From a virus, in IMG/VR virus record IMGVR_UViG_3300017917_001687, positions 10,057 through 74,056 of that record: a DNA stretch of 64,000 nucleotides, one strand, 5' to 3'. Made by a program: the position numbers and the translations under genes. Positions 7,932-17,470 of the stretch are shown piece by piece (position 1 is the stretch's first letter; each line of letters begins with the position of its first letter). The notes beneath the pieces were generated by a model, which did no database searches, was not told the DNA's origin, and saw nothing but the letters and a program-made list of their open reading frames with translations.

Positions 7932-10829
7932 ATGGGAGAAGTTATTTCACAGGAAGTCATTGAGAACTTTCTTAACGGTTGGGACCCCGAAGAGTACATC
8001 GTGGGTGTTGAGTATGATTACCGAACAAACAAAATCTACAAAATCATTCAAGATCCCGAAAGAGGGAAAATCATCAAAGAGGATTCGTTTACACCATTTC
8101 TATGGGTTTCAGACTTAAATGGTCTTAATTTTTATCAAAAGAACAAGGCCATACAAAAGAAAAAAATGGGTGAGTATGGTATTTTAATTGAAAAATTAGA
8201 AACCCACGGAAATGAAAGGTTAGAATCAGGTATGTCTTACCTTGTTAAATCTATTAAGGGGTATACCGAATTGGTAAATTTCTTTAGACAAGGTGGTATT
8301 GATCCGTGGGGTGAGAATTATAAACAATATTTTACACTATTGTCCCCAGTTGAACAATACCTAATTCAAAAAAAGAAAAGACTATTCAAAGGGATTGATG
8401 AATATTCAGGGGTTTATCGTTTTGTATTCGATATCGAGACCACTGGACTTGAACCTGAAAAGAATGAAATAATTCTTATTGGTGTTAAAGACAACAGAGG
8501 TCTACAAAAAACAATACCAGCATTTGGTGAAGATGGTGAGAAAAAATGTATAGAAGAATTCTTTAAAATCATAAGAGAAAAGAAACCCACAATTATTGGT
8601 GGTTATAACTCAGCCTCTTTTGACTTTCCTTTTATATTAAAAAGAGCAGAAATTCTTGGTGTTGATACTCAAGGAATAACAAATGTGTTTGGTAATGGAG
8701 GTATAAAACAAAAAGAGGGTATATTAAAACTAGCCAATGAGGTTGAACCATATACCCAACACACAATATGGGGTTTTAATACTGTTGATATTGCACATGC
8801 CGTTAGAAGAGCACAAGCAATCAACTCAGAAATCAAGTCGTGGGGTTTGAAATACATCACAAAATATCTTGAAAAAGAAAAACCTAATCGTGTTTATGTT
8901 GATGGTGCTTTCATTTCAAAAATTTATTTGGATAACGAATTACATTATATGAATCCAAAAACCGGTAAGTATAAAAAAATTGGTGAACCGGGTACTGAGA
9001 ACTTATTAGAGAAATACCCTAACAAATATGAAATATGGTCGGGTAAACAAATTGTTGAACAATATCTTGATGATGACTTGTACGAAACAATGATTGTTGA
9101 CGATTCATTCAGTCAATCAACATTCTTACTTTCAAAACTTGTACCAACAACATATGAAAGAATAGCAACAATGGGTACCGCAACATTATGGAAAATTATC
9201 ATGTTAGCGTGGTCTTACGAGAACAATCTTGCAATACCAACCAAAGATGAAAAAAGACCTATTACGGGTGGATTATCTCGTTTATTAAATGTGGGATATG
9301 CCAAGAACATTGTTAAGTTTGACTACGCATCACTTTACCCATCAATCCAACTTGTGTATGATGTGTTTCCTGAATGTGATGTTATGGGTGTACAAAAATC
9401 GATGTTAAAATATTTCCGTAACATTCGTATCAAATATAAACGACTTGCTGGTGAACTTAAAGATAAGGACCCGGTACAAGCGGAGATGTATGATCGTAAA
9501 CAATTACCAATTAAGATTTTCATTAACGCATATTTTGGTTCATTATCCGCACCACATGTATTTCCGTGGGGAGATATGAACAAAGGTGAAACAATCACAT
9601 GTACAGGTCGTCAATGTCTTCGTATGATGATTATGTTCTTTGAGAAAAAGGGTTATGTACCTTTGGTTATGGATACGGATGGTGTTAACTTTTCAACACC
9701 TGACGATATTGATTCTCATACATACATCGGTAAAGGTTTAAACGAATTGGTTGAGGAAGGTAAAGAATATAAAGGAATCGAAGCAGACACCGCTGAGTTT
9801 AACGATATTTTCATGAGAGATGAAATGGGTCTTGACATTGACTATACCGCACCTGCGTGTATTAATGTTTCAAGAAAGAACTACATCATCAAATTACTTA
9901 AGAAAGGTAAAGAAAAGATAAAATTAACCGGTAATACCATTAAGTCTAAAAAGTTACAACAATATGTTGTTGAGTTCTTAGACGAGGGTTTTAAACACCT
10001 TTTAAATGGTGATGGTTTATCGTTTGTTGAACTTTATTATGAATACGTAAATAAGATTTACAATAAAGAAATTCCTTTATCTAAAATTGCTAACAAATCT
10101 CGTGTTAAACAATCTGTGGAGGATTATAGAAAACATATTAAAAAGACAACCAAAGCAGGAACATTAATGTCTCGTCAAGCACATATGGAATTAGTTTTAC
10201 TAAACAACTATCCGGCATCTCTTGGTGAAACGATTTATTATGTGAACAACGGGACTAAGAAGTCTTCAGGTGATGTACAAAAAATAACAAAACCAACAAA
10301 AAAATACCAAGAAGAATATTTCCAAAAACATGGTAAGTCAATACCAAATGATTATTTGGAAATAAATTGTTACATGATTTCAGAAAAGGATATTCAGAAC
10401 AATCCTGATATGACTGGTGATTATAACGTTGCTCGTTACTTAAACATGTTCAACAAAAGGATTGAACCTTTATTGGTGGTGTTTAAACCTGAAATACGTG
10501 AAGATATATTGGTTGAAAATCCTGCCGATAGACAATATTTTACTAAAATACAATGTGATTTAGTTAATGGTTTTCCATTAAAAGAGGATGGTCAGGATAA
10601 ATACGATGAAGTAATGACCTTATCGGATAGTGAGGTATTATTTTGGAATAAAGTAAGTCGTGATCCATTCTATATGTATGTTGAAGATAGTATCAAATAC
10701 GCTGACCCGTATTGGGTTGAACACAATAGAAAGGTGGTTTCTTTAGAAGCGGAAAGTATTCGTAGTAATGAAGACGAAATAATTGAAAATAACGGACATG
10801 ATTATGCTTATCATGCTGTTGAGTCTTAG
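7932..10829 (+). CDS. Family B DNA polymerase with 3'-5' exonuclease
   Basis: ExoI FDIETTG, ExoII GYNSASFDFPFI, motif A KFDYASLYPSI, motif B KIFINAYFG, motif C MDTDG, and RKNY. Confidence 0.95.
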   Translation: MGEVISQEVIENFLNGWDPEEYIVGVEYDYRTNKIYKIIQDPERGKIIKEDSFTPFLWVSDLNGLNFYQKNKAIQKKKMGEYGILIEKLETHGNERLESGMSYLVKSIKGYTELVNFFRQGGIDPWGENYKQYFTLLSPVEQYLIQKKKRLFKGIDEYSGVYRFVFDIETTGLEPEKNEIILIGVKDNRGLQKTIPAFGEDGEKKCIEEFFKIIREKKPTIIGGYNSASFDFPFILKRAEILGVDTQGITNVFGNGGIKQKEGILKLANEVEPYTQHTIWGFNTVDIAHAVRRAQAINSEIKSWGLKYITKYLEKEKPNRVYVDGAFISKIYLDNELHYMNPKTGKYKKIGEPGTENLLEKYPNKYEIWSGKQIVEQYLDDDLYETMIVDDSFSQSTFLLSKLVPTTYERIATMGTATLWKIIMLAWSYENNLAIPTKDEKRPITGGLSRLLNVGYAKNIVKFDYASLYPSIQLVYDVFPECDVMGVQKSMLKYFRNIRIKYKRLAGELKDKDPVQAEMYDRKQLPIKIFINAYFGSLSAPHVFPWGDMNKGETITCTGRQCLRMMIMFFEKKGYVPLVMDTDGVNFSTPDDIDSHTYIGKGLNELVEEGKEYKGIEADTAEFNDIFMRDEMGLDIDYTAPACINVSRKNYIIKLLKKGKEKIKLTGNTIKSKKLQQYVVEFLDEGFKHLLNGDGLSFVELYYEYVNKIYNKEIPLSKIANKSRVKQSVEDYRKHIKKTTKAGTLMSRQAHMELVLLNNYPASLGETIYYVNNGTKKSSGDVQKITKPTKKYQEEYFQKHGKSIPNDYLEINCYMISEKDIQNNPDMTGDYNVARYLNMFNKRIEPLLVVFKPEIREDILVENPADRQYFTKIQCDLVNGFPLKEDGQDKYDEVMTLSDSEVLFWNKVSRDPFYMYVEDSIKYADPYWVEHNRKVVSLEAESIRSNEDEIIENNGHDYAYHAVES

Positions 10830-11944
10830 ATTACGTTATATGGTGATTGGAAAGGTCTGAACTTTAAAGCCTTGTTTAGGTTTTCTGCTTCATTGGCCTT
10901 TCTTTCCATCATTTTATCGGGTCTTAATCTTTCAAGTTTTAAGTTTAATTCTTCCAATAGTTTTAATTTTTCGTCTTTAGCCTCTGTAAGTAAAGAATTA
11001 TAGTCTAATTTTACTTGACTATCAGGTACTTGTAAATCACCAGAGAATTTACCCCAAATACGACCTAATCCTTCTTTAGCATAAGCGATTAGGTATTTTC
11101 TAACCCAATTTTGTGATGGTCTATTCATCATGTCCCATGTCAGTTGCTCTATTTCAACATCAGAAGGTAGTTTTACAATATCTTTATTTTTTTGTAAACA
11201 ATCGTCCCTATCTTCGGTTTCATAATACCAATACCAAACCCTACTTCTATTGTTTTGTATTGAACCGAAATCAAATCTACCACCCGGAACATTATGAAGA
11301 TGTACTATCTTTGTTCCGTTTGGTCCTGCGGTTACTCTATATGTTAATTCACCACCAATCAAACGATTTTTAATATTTCTATCTTGCATCCTTAATAAAA
11401 GGTCAAATGCGGGTAATAAGAAATATGAACCCGACGCACCTTGTTGTGCAAAACCACCCACACCACCAAATGCAACACCACCTAAACCACCGAAACCACC
11501 TAAGAATGGGTCAACAATAGAGTCAGTTAATTCCGCCCTTGTGAACCATAGTATTTCATTTATTTCCCTACCAGCAGGAATAACATAAGTTTGGGTATTC
11601 GCCGATAAAGTAATATAGTCTTTCTTTAACTCGTGTGGTCCAGCTGTTTGTAAACCAACAATTTTTGAATATGCATATGTGTATTGAGTTTCAAAATCTA
11701 AGCTTCTTGTTGTGAATGCTCTTGTTAAAGATTGTGTATCAACATTAATACCAATTAACGATGACCATTGTGATTCAATCAACCAATCGTTAACATGTTG
11801 TTCATATTCAGATATTGCTAGTTCCAAGAAGGTATCCATTTGTTCTTCTGTTAACTCAATACCTCTAACAGGTAATCCTAATAGATGGAAAACCTGTGTG
11901 TATAGTTTTTGTTTTTCGGGGTTTGAAATTACTGTGATTGACAT
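10826..11944 (-). CDS. Neck / head-completion protein (T4 gp13-like)
   Basis: LGLPVRGIELTEEQMD..ELAISEY N-terminus and WVRKYLIAYAKEGLGRIWGKFSG...LLTEAKDEK C-terminus match the T4-like gp13 neck pattern; late-promoter motif upstream on the minus strand. Confidence 0.75.
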   Translation of the reverse strand: MSITVISNPEKQKLYTQVFHLLGLPVRGIELTEEQMDTFLELAISEYEQHVNDWLIESQWSSLIGINVDTQSLTRAFTTRSLDFETQYTYAYSKIVGLQTAGPHELKKDYITLSANTQTYVIPAGREINEILWFTRAELTDSIVDPFLGGFGGLGGVAFGGVGGFAQQGASGSYFLLPAFDLLLRMQDRNIKNRLIGGELTYRVTAGPNGTKIVHLHNVPGGRFDFGSIQNNRSRVWYWYYETEDRDDCLQKNKDIVKLPSDVEIEQLTWDMMNRPSQNWVRKYLIAYAKEGLGRIWGKFSGDLQVPDSQVKLDYNSLLTEAKDEKLKLLEELNLKLERLRPDKMMERKANEAENLNKALKFRPFQSPYNVI

Positions 11945-11956
11945 GTTTCTTTTTGT

Positions 11957-11969
11957 TATAAATATCTTT
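11957..11969 (-). promoter_or_regulatory. Putative late promoter AAAGATATTTATA for the neck gene
   Basis: Motif is on the minus strand, matching the gene; 12 nt from the start codon. Confidence 0.65.
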
Positions 11970-11980
11970 ATATTTGAATT

Positions 11981-12202
11981 ATGGAAAATTCAAGACCCGA
12001 ACAAAAAATAATTCAACTCGCATTGTTTTGTTACAGAAACAAAATTGAGTTCATTTTTCAAAAAGAAGATGAAGGAAATTATGTGAAGTATGAATCTGAA
12101 CCAATTAAAAAAGTCACTTTAAACATTTCTGACCCTGATGATTTGGACTTTGAATCGGTATTAGACGAAAAGATAAATGAATTAAACCAACTCTTTCAGT
12201 AA
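11981..12202 (+). CDS. Hypothetical protein (73 aa)
   Basis: Fills the gap between two minus-strand genes, has normal composition, and is preceded by TATATTTG at 11969-11976. Confidence 0.5.
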   Translation: MENSRPEQKIIQLALFCYRNKIEFIFQKEDEGNYVKYESEPIKKVTLNISDPDDLDFESVLDEKINELNQLFQ

Positions 12203-13936
12203 GGACTCTGCAAAACTTTCAGAGTATTCCCCATCACCCATAACCTGATCAATAACACTCTTTTTCTTTTGTAAAATATTGTAAACTATTCTTTCAACAG
12301 TATTTTCAAAAATAGGATAATAAACAAGTACACTATTTTTTTGTCCGTATCTATATGCCCTATCTTCTGCTTGTGAATGGTCCGCAGGAACAAAAGAAAG
12401 GTCATTCATAATAACAGTTTCGGCTGCGGTTAAGGTAATACCAACACCACCAGCCTTTATGTTAGATATGAATATTTTTATCTTATCTTCGGTTTGAAAT
12501 CTATCAACAGATACTTGTCTTTTTTCTTTTGACATTCGCCCGTCCAATACTACGGAATTCTTTTTATACTTTTCATGTAACATATCCAAGGTCATTGTAA
12601 AGTTTGTAAACACAATAACTTTTTTACCCTGTTCTATGAATTTATCAATCAATTCACATGTGTATGGTACTTTTTCATAAGAAATTATTTGTCTTATTTT
12701 CATTAGACGATTTATAGTTACACTGATAGATTCCTTGTTTTTATTATCTGATGTAATTCTCATAAAGTTTTCAAGTTCCTCATCGTAGAATGTACTTTTC
12801 AAATCCAAAAATACAGGTGTAATAATTTTTTCGGGTAGGTCCAAAATATCCGTTTTCATTCTTCTTAATACAATATTTTTGGTTCTTTCCCTTAACTCAT
12901 CTAAATTACTTGCACCATTAGTGTTCCATATTCTTTTACCACCAACTTTAAACTGATAACCCGCACAATATCTTTTTACATAACTCTGCCAATTTAGTGT
13001 TAAAGGAGAATCAACAATTTTTAACAAATTATAATAATTTATCGGTCTTGATGTCATTGGTGTACCAGTTAGTAACCAAACCTTTGGTATTTTTACAAGT
13101 AAATCATTAATAAGTTTGGTTCTTTGTGCTGTTGGGTTTGAAATATAATGAGCCTCATCAATTATACATAAATCAAATTTTTCATTAACAATTTGTTGGT
13201 TAATTTCTTCACCCAATTCGGATTTTTCCGTTGAGTGGTAGTTCTTTATAATGTCGTAATTAATAATATAGAAATCAAATGTTGACCCCCACTTTCTACC
13301 CTCAACAATTAAACATTTCCTATTTGAATAATTCTCAATTTCCCTTTGCCAGTTAATTTTTAAAGATGCAGGACAAATGATTAATATTTTCTTGGCACCA
13401 CTTTCCAACGCACCGATTACGGCAGATGTTGTTTTTCCCAAACCCATATCATCTGCTAATATAAACCTATCATTTGCAAGTAGTTTTTCAATTGCAATTT
13501 TTTGGTGATCCATTGGAGGTCTTTTGTGGTATGGAGAATAATCAACAACTCTGTTAAGTTTCTTTTCTTCTTGGATTATTGCCGCTTTTGGTAACCACAT
13601 TGCGTAGTTATTCTCGGTATCAACAACCTTACCCCATATATGATATGCTTTATCACTTTCACATAATAACTTTTCACACCAAATTTTTTCTGGTGGTTTG
13701 GTCAAATGTCTATCATCCATTATTTTTTCACCAAAAGTGTTTACGATACTAATATATTTTTTAGCAACTCTTGGTACTATTTCATGATACCTTAATACGT
13801 AATCACATTGTGGGCGTGTTAACTTAAAATTCTTAACTTCTAAGAACTTTTTTTTCCAATCTAATAGTTGGTTATTAAAACCTGTATAGTTTAATAATAT
13901 GTCTCTTGCTTCAATTTCAGGAATTTTTGTTTCCAT
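12182..13936 (-). CDS. SNF2-family (SMARCAL1/HARP-like) helicase/translocase
   Basis: LADDMGLGKT, IICPASL, IIDEAH, LLTGTP, GITLTAA, QAEDRAYRYGQ. Start moved to METKIPE at 13936 because the 14275 start overlaps the + strand head-closure gene. Confidence 0.9.
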   Translation of the reverse strand: METKIPEIEARDILLNYTGFNNQLLDWKKKFLEVKNFKLTRPQCDYVLRYHEIVPRVAKKYISIVNTFGEKIMDDRHLTKPPEKIWCEKLLCESDKAYHIWGKVVDTENNYAMWLPKAAIIQEEKKLNRVVDYSPYHKRPPMDHQKIAIEKLLANDRFILADDMGLGKTTSAVIGALESGAKKILIICPASLKINWQREIENYSNRKCLIVEGRKWGSTFDFYIINYDIIKNYHSTEKSELGEEINQQIVNEKFDLCIIDEAHYISNPTAQRTKLINDLLVKIPKVWLLTGTPMTSRPINYYNLLKIVDSPLTLNWQSYVKRYCAGYQFKVGGKRIWNTNGASNLDELRERTKNIVLRRMKTDILDLPEKIITPVFLDLKSTFYDEELENFMRITSDNKNKESISVTINRLMKIRQIISYEKVPYTCELIDKFIEQGKKVIVFTNFTMTLDMLHEKYKKNSVVLDGRMSKEKRQVSVDRFQTEDKIKIFISNIKAGGVGITLTAAETVIMNDLSFVPADHSQAEDRAYRYGQKNSVLVYYPIFENTVERIVYNILQKKKSVIDQVMGDGEYSESFAESLLKELV

Positions 13937-13974
13937 AGATATTAAATATATACAAATACATTTGATGTTTAAAG

Positions 13975-13982
13975 TATTTATA
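13975..13982 (+). promoter_or_regulatory. Putative late promoter TATTTATA
   Basis: 3 nt before ATG 13986. Confidence 0.6.
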
Positions 13983-13985
13983 AGT

Positions 13986-14498
13986 ATGAAAAACAAGTTA
14001 CCTATTACAAGAATTAGTAAATTTTGGTCTGAAACCGATTTTGACCTTAATGTACAAATAGGACAAGAATATTTACATGGGGATATTGGTATGAAATTGG
14101 TTCTTTTTAGAGTTAATAGACAAACTACCGATACCGATGAAGTATATGCTGAAGTTGGTAAAGACGACATTAAATTTTTATCACCAGTTGAATTTTTTGG
14201 TTTAGTTAAAATAGAGGAACCTAAAAATTCTTCATACACAAAAGGTGTAAATAGGTATTTGGAACCTGGAAACATGACTGTTTCTGTTTATATTACACAT
14301 TTACAAGAATTAGGTGTTGATATTCGATATGGTGACTACATAGGTTACCCTGAGTCAGAAGAAAGAGTTAGGTATTATACTGTCACAAACGATGGAAAGG
14401 TAACTTCAGATAATAAACATAGTATGTTCGGTTATAAACCACATTATAGAACAATAACTTGTGCACCAGCACAGGAAGTTGAGTTTAGAGGAATTTAA
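13986..14498 (+). CDS. Head-closure / neck protein (T4 gp14-like)
   Basis: DEVYAEV...FLSPVE and LGVDIRYGDYI...YYTV patterns; lies between neck and tail-terminator genes. Start at MKNKLP, 3 nt after a TATTTATA motif. Confidence 0.6.
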   Translation: MKNKLPITRISKFWSETDFDLNVQIGQEYLHGDIGMKLVLFRVNRQTTDTDEVYAEVGKDDIKFLSPVEFFGLVKIEEPKNSSYTKGVNRYLEPGNMTVSVYITHLQELGVDIRYGDYIGYPESEERVRYYTVTNDGKVTSDNKHSMFGYKPHYRTITCAPAQEVEFRGI

Positions 14499-14544
14499 TG
14501 TCTAAACAAGATGGATTTATAAAAAAAATTAAATACGGAAAATA

Positions 14545-15696
14545 ATGTCAATACCTAAAAGAAAAAATAATATAAAAGTTTATGGTGTAAATATTGATAC
14601 CGATGGTCCTGCGGTTACCGGTAGAAGGAAAGAATTGCTAGAAAGAATAACAAAATCTGATTCTTTTCTACCTGATTCTATTTTACACGATGATCTTGAT
14701 TTGGGTATGTTAGATTTTGTTAAAGAAAATTTCAAAGTTATTTCTGATGGGAATCAAATACCAATTATACCAAAAATTTTAACAATACAAAGATGGGGTG
14801 AGTTTACAAACAATTGGACTTTTTCGGATGAAGATGGTAATATGAAATTACCATTTGTTGCGGTGGTTAGAAAACCAGACGCACAACCCGGATCAAATCC
14901 AGCAATTCAAAGAACTATACCCGATAGAAGAGATTTCTTCTATGCTTCAGTCCCAACATGGGATGGAAATAAAATGGGTGCGGATGTTTATAAAATTCCA
15001 CAACCCGTAGCAATTGATTTAACTTTCGATGTTACTATTGTTTGTACTAAATTTAGAGATGTAAACAGGTTTAACAAAATCGTTTTACAAAAATTTGCAT
15101 CTCGTCAAGCCTATACAAGTGTTAAGGGTCATTATATTCCTATCGTTTTAGATAGGATTGAGGATAGTACTCCAATGGACACCTTGGATGGAAGAAGATT
15201 TTACATACAAAACTACACATTCACATTATTGGGGTTTTTAATAGATGATGAAGAATTTGAAGTTAAACCCGCAATTTCAAGAATATTGAAAGTTGCGGAA
15301 ACAGATGTAACAACAAAGAAAAAATCACCAATACTTGTAGAAAATGAAATTACAATCCAAAGTCTTTATGGTCCGGGTTCAATTGTTGCTAATTACTCTG
15401 CAACAACAACATTTGCTGCTGATAGATTTGTTGAGGTGTCTTTCGTTGATCAGTTGGGAACACTATCTGGTGATACTATTGACATACCTGTTAAATTATT
15501 TATAGAAAAAAATAGTAGAACAGGATCTACAACAACAACATTAAGTGATGAATATTCAGAATTAAACAAAACCAATCAATTTAGTGGGTTAACAATAACA
15601 ACCAGTAAAAAATCTAAATACGAATATATACCAATTACAACATCGGAATTTTTACCAGAGGTATCACCAACACCAACACACCTACAAACACCATAA
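14545..15696 (+). CDS. Tail terminator / sheath stabiliser (T4 gp15-like) with C-terminal extension; frameshifted relative to downstream PT-linker and propeller
   Basis: KLPFVAVVR, PQPVAIDLTFDVTI, RRFYIQNYTFTLLGFL fit gp15-like proteins; position before the sheath gene; the ORF ends just as a Pro/Thr repeat begins. Confidence 0.65.
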   Translation: MSIPKRKNNIKVYGVNIDTDGPAVTGRRKELLERITKSDSFLPDSILHDDLDLGMLDFVKENFKVISDGNQIPIIPKILTIQRWGEFTNNWTFSDEDGNMKLPFVAVVRKPDAQPGSNPAIQRTIPDRRDFFYASVPTWDGNKMGADVYKIPQPVAIDLTFDVTIVCTKFRDVNRFNKIVLQKFASRQAYTSVKGHYIPIVLDRIEDSTPMDTLDGRRFYIQNYTFTLLGFLIDDEEFEVKPAISRILKVAETDVTTKKKSPILVENEITIQSLYGPGSIVANYSATTTFAADRFVEVSFVDQLGTLSGDTIDIPVKLFIEKNSRTGSTTTTLSDEYSELNKTNQFSGLTITTSKKSKYEYIPITTSEFLPEVSPTPTHLQTP

Positions 15697-16940
15697 CAAA
15701 TACACCAACCAACACATCTACGCCAACACAAACCCCAACCAACACACCCACAAACACCATAACAAATACACCTACAAATAGTGTAACACCGACAGAAACT
15801 CCAACCAACACACCAACAAATAGTGTTACCCCAACACCAACAAGTATAATTCCTTTTGATATTTTAGTCGGCGGTAACTATAATATATATAGTGGTGTTT
15901 CGTCTCAGTGTTTCATTGTATTAAATTCAAATGGTTCAATAAATAAATCACTTAATTTTAATGATGGTTTTGGTAATGTCGTGTTTAATACTGTACAACA
16001 GATTGATAATAAAATAATTGCAGTGGGTAATTTTACATCATTTAGTGGTGTTACAACAAATAGAATTGTTAGGTTAAATTCTGACTTAACAAGAGATAAC
16101 ACATTTAGTATTGGAACTGGTTTTAATGGTTTAGTTCATTCTATACAACTCCAATCTGATGAAAAAATAATAGTCGGCGGTACTTTTACATCATATAGTG
16201 GTGTTACATCGAACAGAATTATTAGATTAAATACTGATGGATCAATAGATAATACATTTAATATTGGTACTGGTTTTGGTGGTACTGTTTATGTCACAAA
16301 AATACAATCTGACGGAAAAATAATAGTAGGTGGTAGTTTTGCATTGTATAGTGGTGTTACATCAAACAGAATTATTAGATTAAATACTGATGGATCAATA
16401 GATAATACATTTAGTGTTGGTACTGGTTTTGGTGACGTATCTCCATGGACATATTCATTTGATGTACAATCTGATGGAAAAATAATAGTTGGTGGAGATT
16501 TTACATCGTATAGTGGGGTTTCATTAAATAGAATTGTTAGGTTAAATACTGATGGGTCAATAGATAATACATTTAGTATTGGAACTGGTTTTGATAATCT
16601 TGTTTATGTCACAAAAATACAATCTGATGGAAAAACATTAGTAGGTGGTAATTTTACATCGTATAGTGGTGTTACATCAAACAGAATTATTAGATTAAAT
16701 ACTGATGGATCAATAGATAACACATTTAATATTGGAACTGGAGTTGATGATTCTATTTATGACATAGTGATTCAATCTGATGGAAAAATAATGCTTGGTG
16801 GAGAATTCATATCTTATAATGGAACAACAAGCAATTACATTATTAGATTAAACACCAATGGTTCAATAGATAATACATTTAGTATTGGTACTGGATTTAA
16901 TGGTACTGTTCGTGAGATAAATTTAATAAGGGAAATATGA
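15618..16940 (+). CDS. Pro/Thr linker plus delta-60-type beta-propeller repeats (probable C-terminal half of the gp15-like gene)
   Basis: Frame is open from 15618 (TAA at 15615-15617) with no ATG near the start. It reads TNTPTNTITNTPT... then about seven repeats of QSDGKIIVGGxFTSYSGVTSNRIIRLNTDGSIDNTFxIGTGF. The track's GTG start at 15981 falls mid-repeat. Confidence 0.75.
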   Translation: MRIYTNYNIGIFTRGITNTNTPTNTITNTPTNTSTPTQTPTNTPTNTITNTPTNSVTPTETPTNTPTNSVTPTPTSIIPFDILVGGNYNIYSGVSSQCFIVLNSNGSINKSLNFNDGFGNVVFNTVQQIDNKIIAVGNFTSFSGVTTNRIVRLNSDLTRDNTFSIGTGFNGLVHSIQLQSDEKIIVGGTFTSYSGVTSNRIIRLNTDGSIDNTFNIGTGFGGTVYVTKIQSDGKIIVGGSFALYSGVTSNRIIRLNTDGSIDNTFSVGTGFGDVSPWTYSFDVQSDGKIIVGGDFTSYSGVSLNRIVRLNTDGSIDNTFSIGTGFDNLVYVTKIQSDGKTLVGGNFTSYSGVTSNRIIRLNTDGSIDNTFNIGTGVDDSIYDIVIQSDGKIMLGGEFISYNGTTSNYIIRLNTNGSIDNTFSIGTGFNGTVREINLIREI

Positions 16941-17164
16941 CAATACAAGAATTTTTAAACGAAAACACATTATCTGCAATTGAAAAGACAGATACTTTAA
17001 TAATCAACTTAGTGGTTGGTGAATCAACTTATGGTTTAGATGTGGACACCTCTTCAATTGAAGCAGGTACACCATTAATCAGAACAACAAATTTCCAAAT
17101 TGATGAAAATTTATTGGTAAGTGAAGAATTATCTTTGGATATAACCACAACAAACATGTTGTAA
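16937..17164 (+). CDS. Hypothetical acidic protein (75 aa)
   Basis: ATGA overlap with the upstream stop suggests translational coupling. Confidence 0.55.
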   Translation: MTIQEFLNENTLSAIEKTDTLIINLVVGESTYGLDVDTSSIEAGTPLIRTTNFQIDENLLVSEELSLDITTTNML

Positions 17165-17344
17165 TTAGTCACCATAGATATCTCTTTTTTTAGGTTCGTG
17201 GGTTGGTTTATTGTTTTTACAATTTTCATCAATCCACTTTTGAACCACCTTATACATTTTAAGTCCATTTACATCACAATACTCTTTTAAAATTTCGTGG
17301 TGTTTTTCACTAATCTTTAGGTTTTTTTTACTATTTGAATTCAT
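17165..17344 (-). CDS. Small ribbon-helix-helix-like DNA-binding protein (59 aa, absent from the ORF track)
   Basis: Translates to MNSNSKKNLKISEKHHEILKEYCDVNGLKMYKVVQKWIDENCKNNKPTHEPKKRDIYGD: a strand (KNLKIS), helix, G turn, helix pattern. It has its own late-promoter motif (TATAAATA on + at 17372-17379). Confidence 0.65.
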   Translation of the reverse strand: MNSNSKKNLKISEKHHEILKEYCDVNGLKMYKVVQKWIDENCKNNKPTHEPKKRDIYGD

Positions 17345-17371
17345 GATGATATTAAAAGATAAACTTTTATC

Positions 17372-17430
17372 TATAAATATCTTTTTTTAAAAAATCAAGG
17401 AAATCTTTGATAAAAACAAAGATATTTATT
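17372..17430. promoter_or_regulatory. Back-to-back putative late promoters (RHH gene / sheath gene)
   Basis: ATAAATATCTTT (17373-17384) and AAAGATATTTAT (17418-17429) form a 12-bp inverted repeat. Confidence 0.65.
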
Positions 17431-17470
17431 AGTAAAGTAATAAAAATCATTTAATAAAAAAAATCAAAAA

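Noticed and set aside
13937-14275. N-terminal extension of the SNF2 ORF to 14275, and the 13899 start of the head-closure ORF
   Set aside because: The two extensions overlap each other's genes; starts at 13936 (-) and 13986 (+) leave a clean divergent gap containing a promoter motif.
15981-16920. Near-identical nucleotide repeats as a possible DGR template/variable pair
   Set aside because: They are in-frame propeller blades, the differences do not look adenine-specific, and there is no reverse transcriptase in the window.
17029-17268. 79-aa minus-strand ORF from the track
   Set aside because: Overlaps the 75-aa + gene; the 59-aa ORF in another frame (17165-17344) fits the gap exactly and has a promoter motif.
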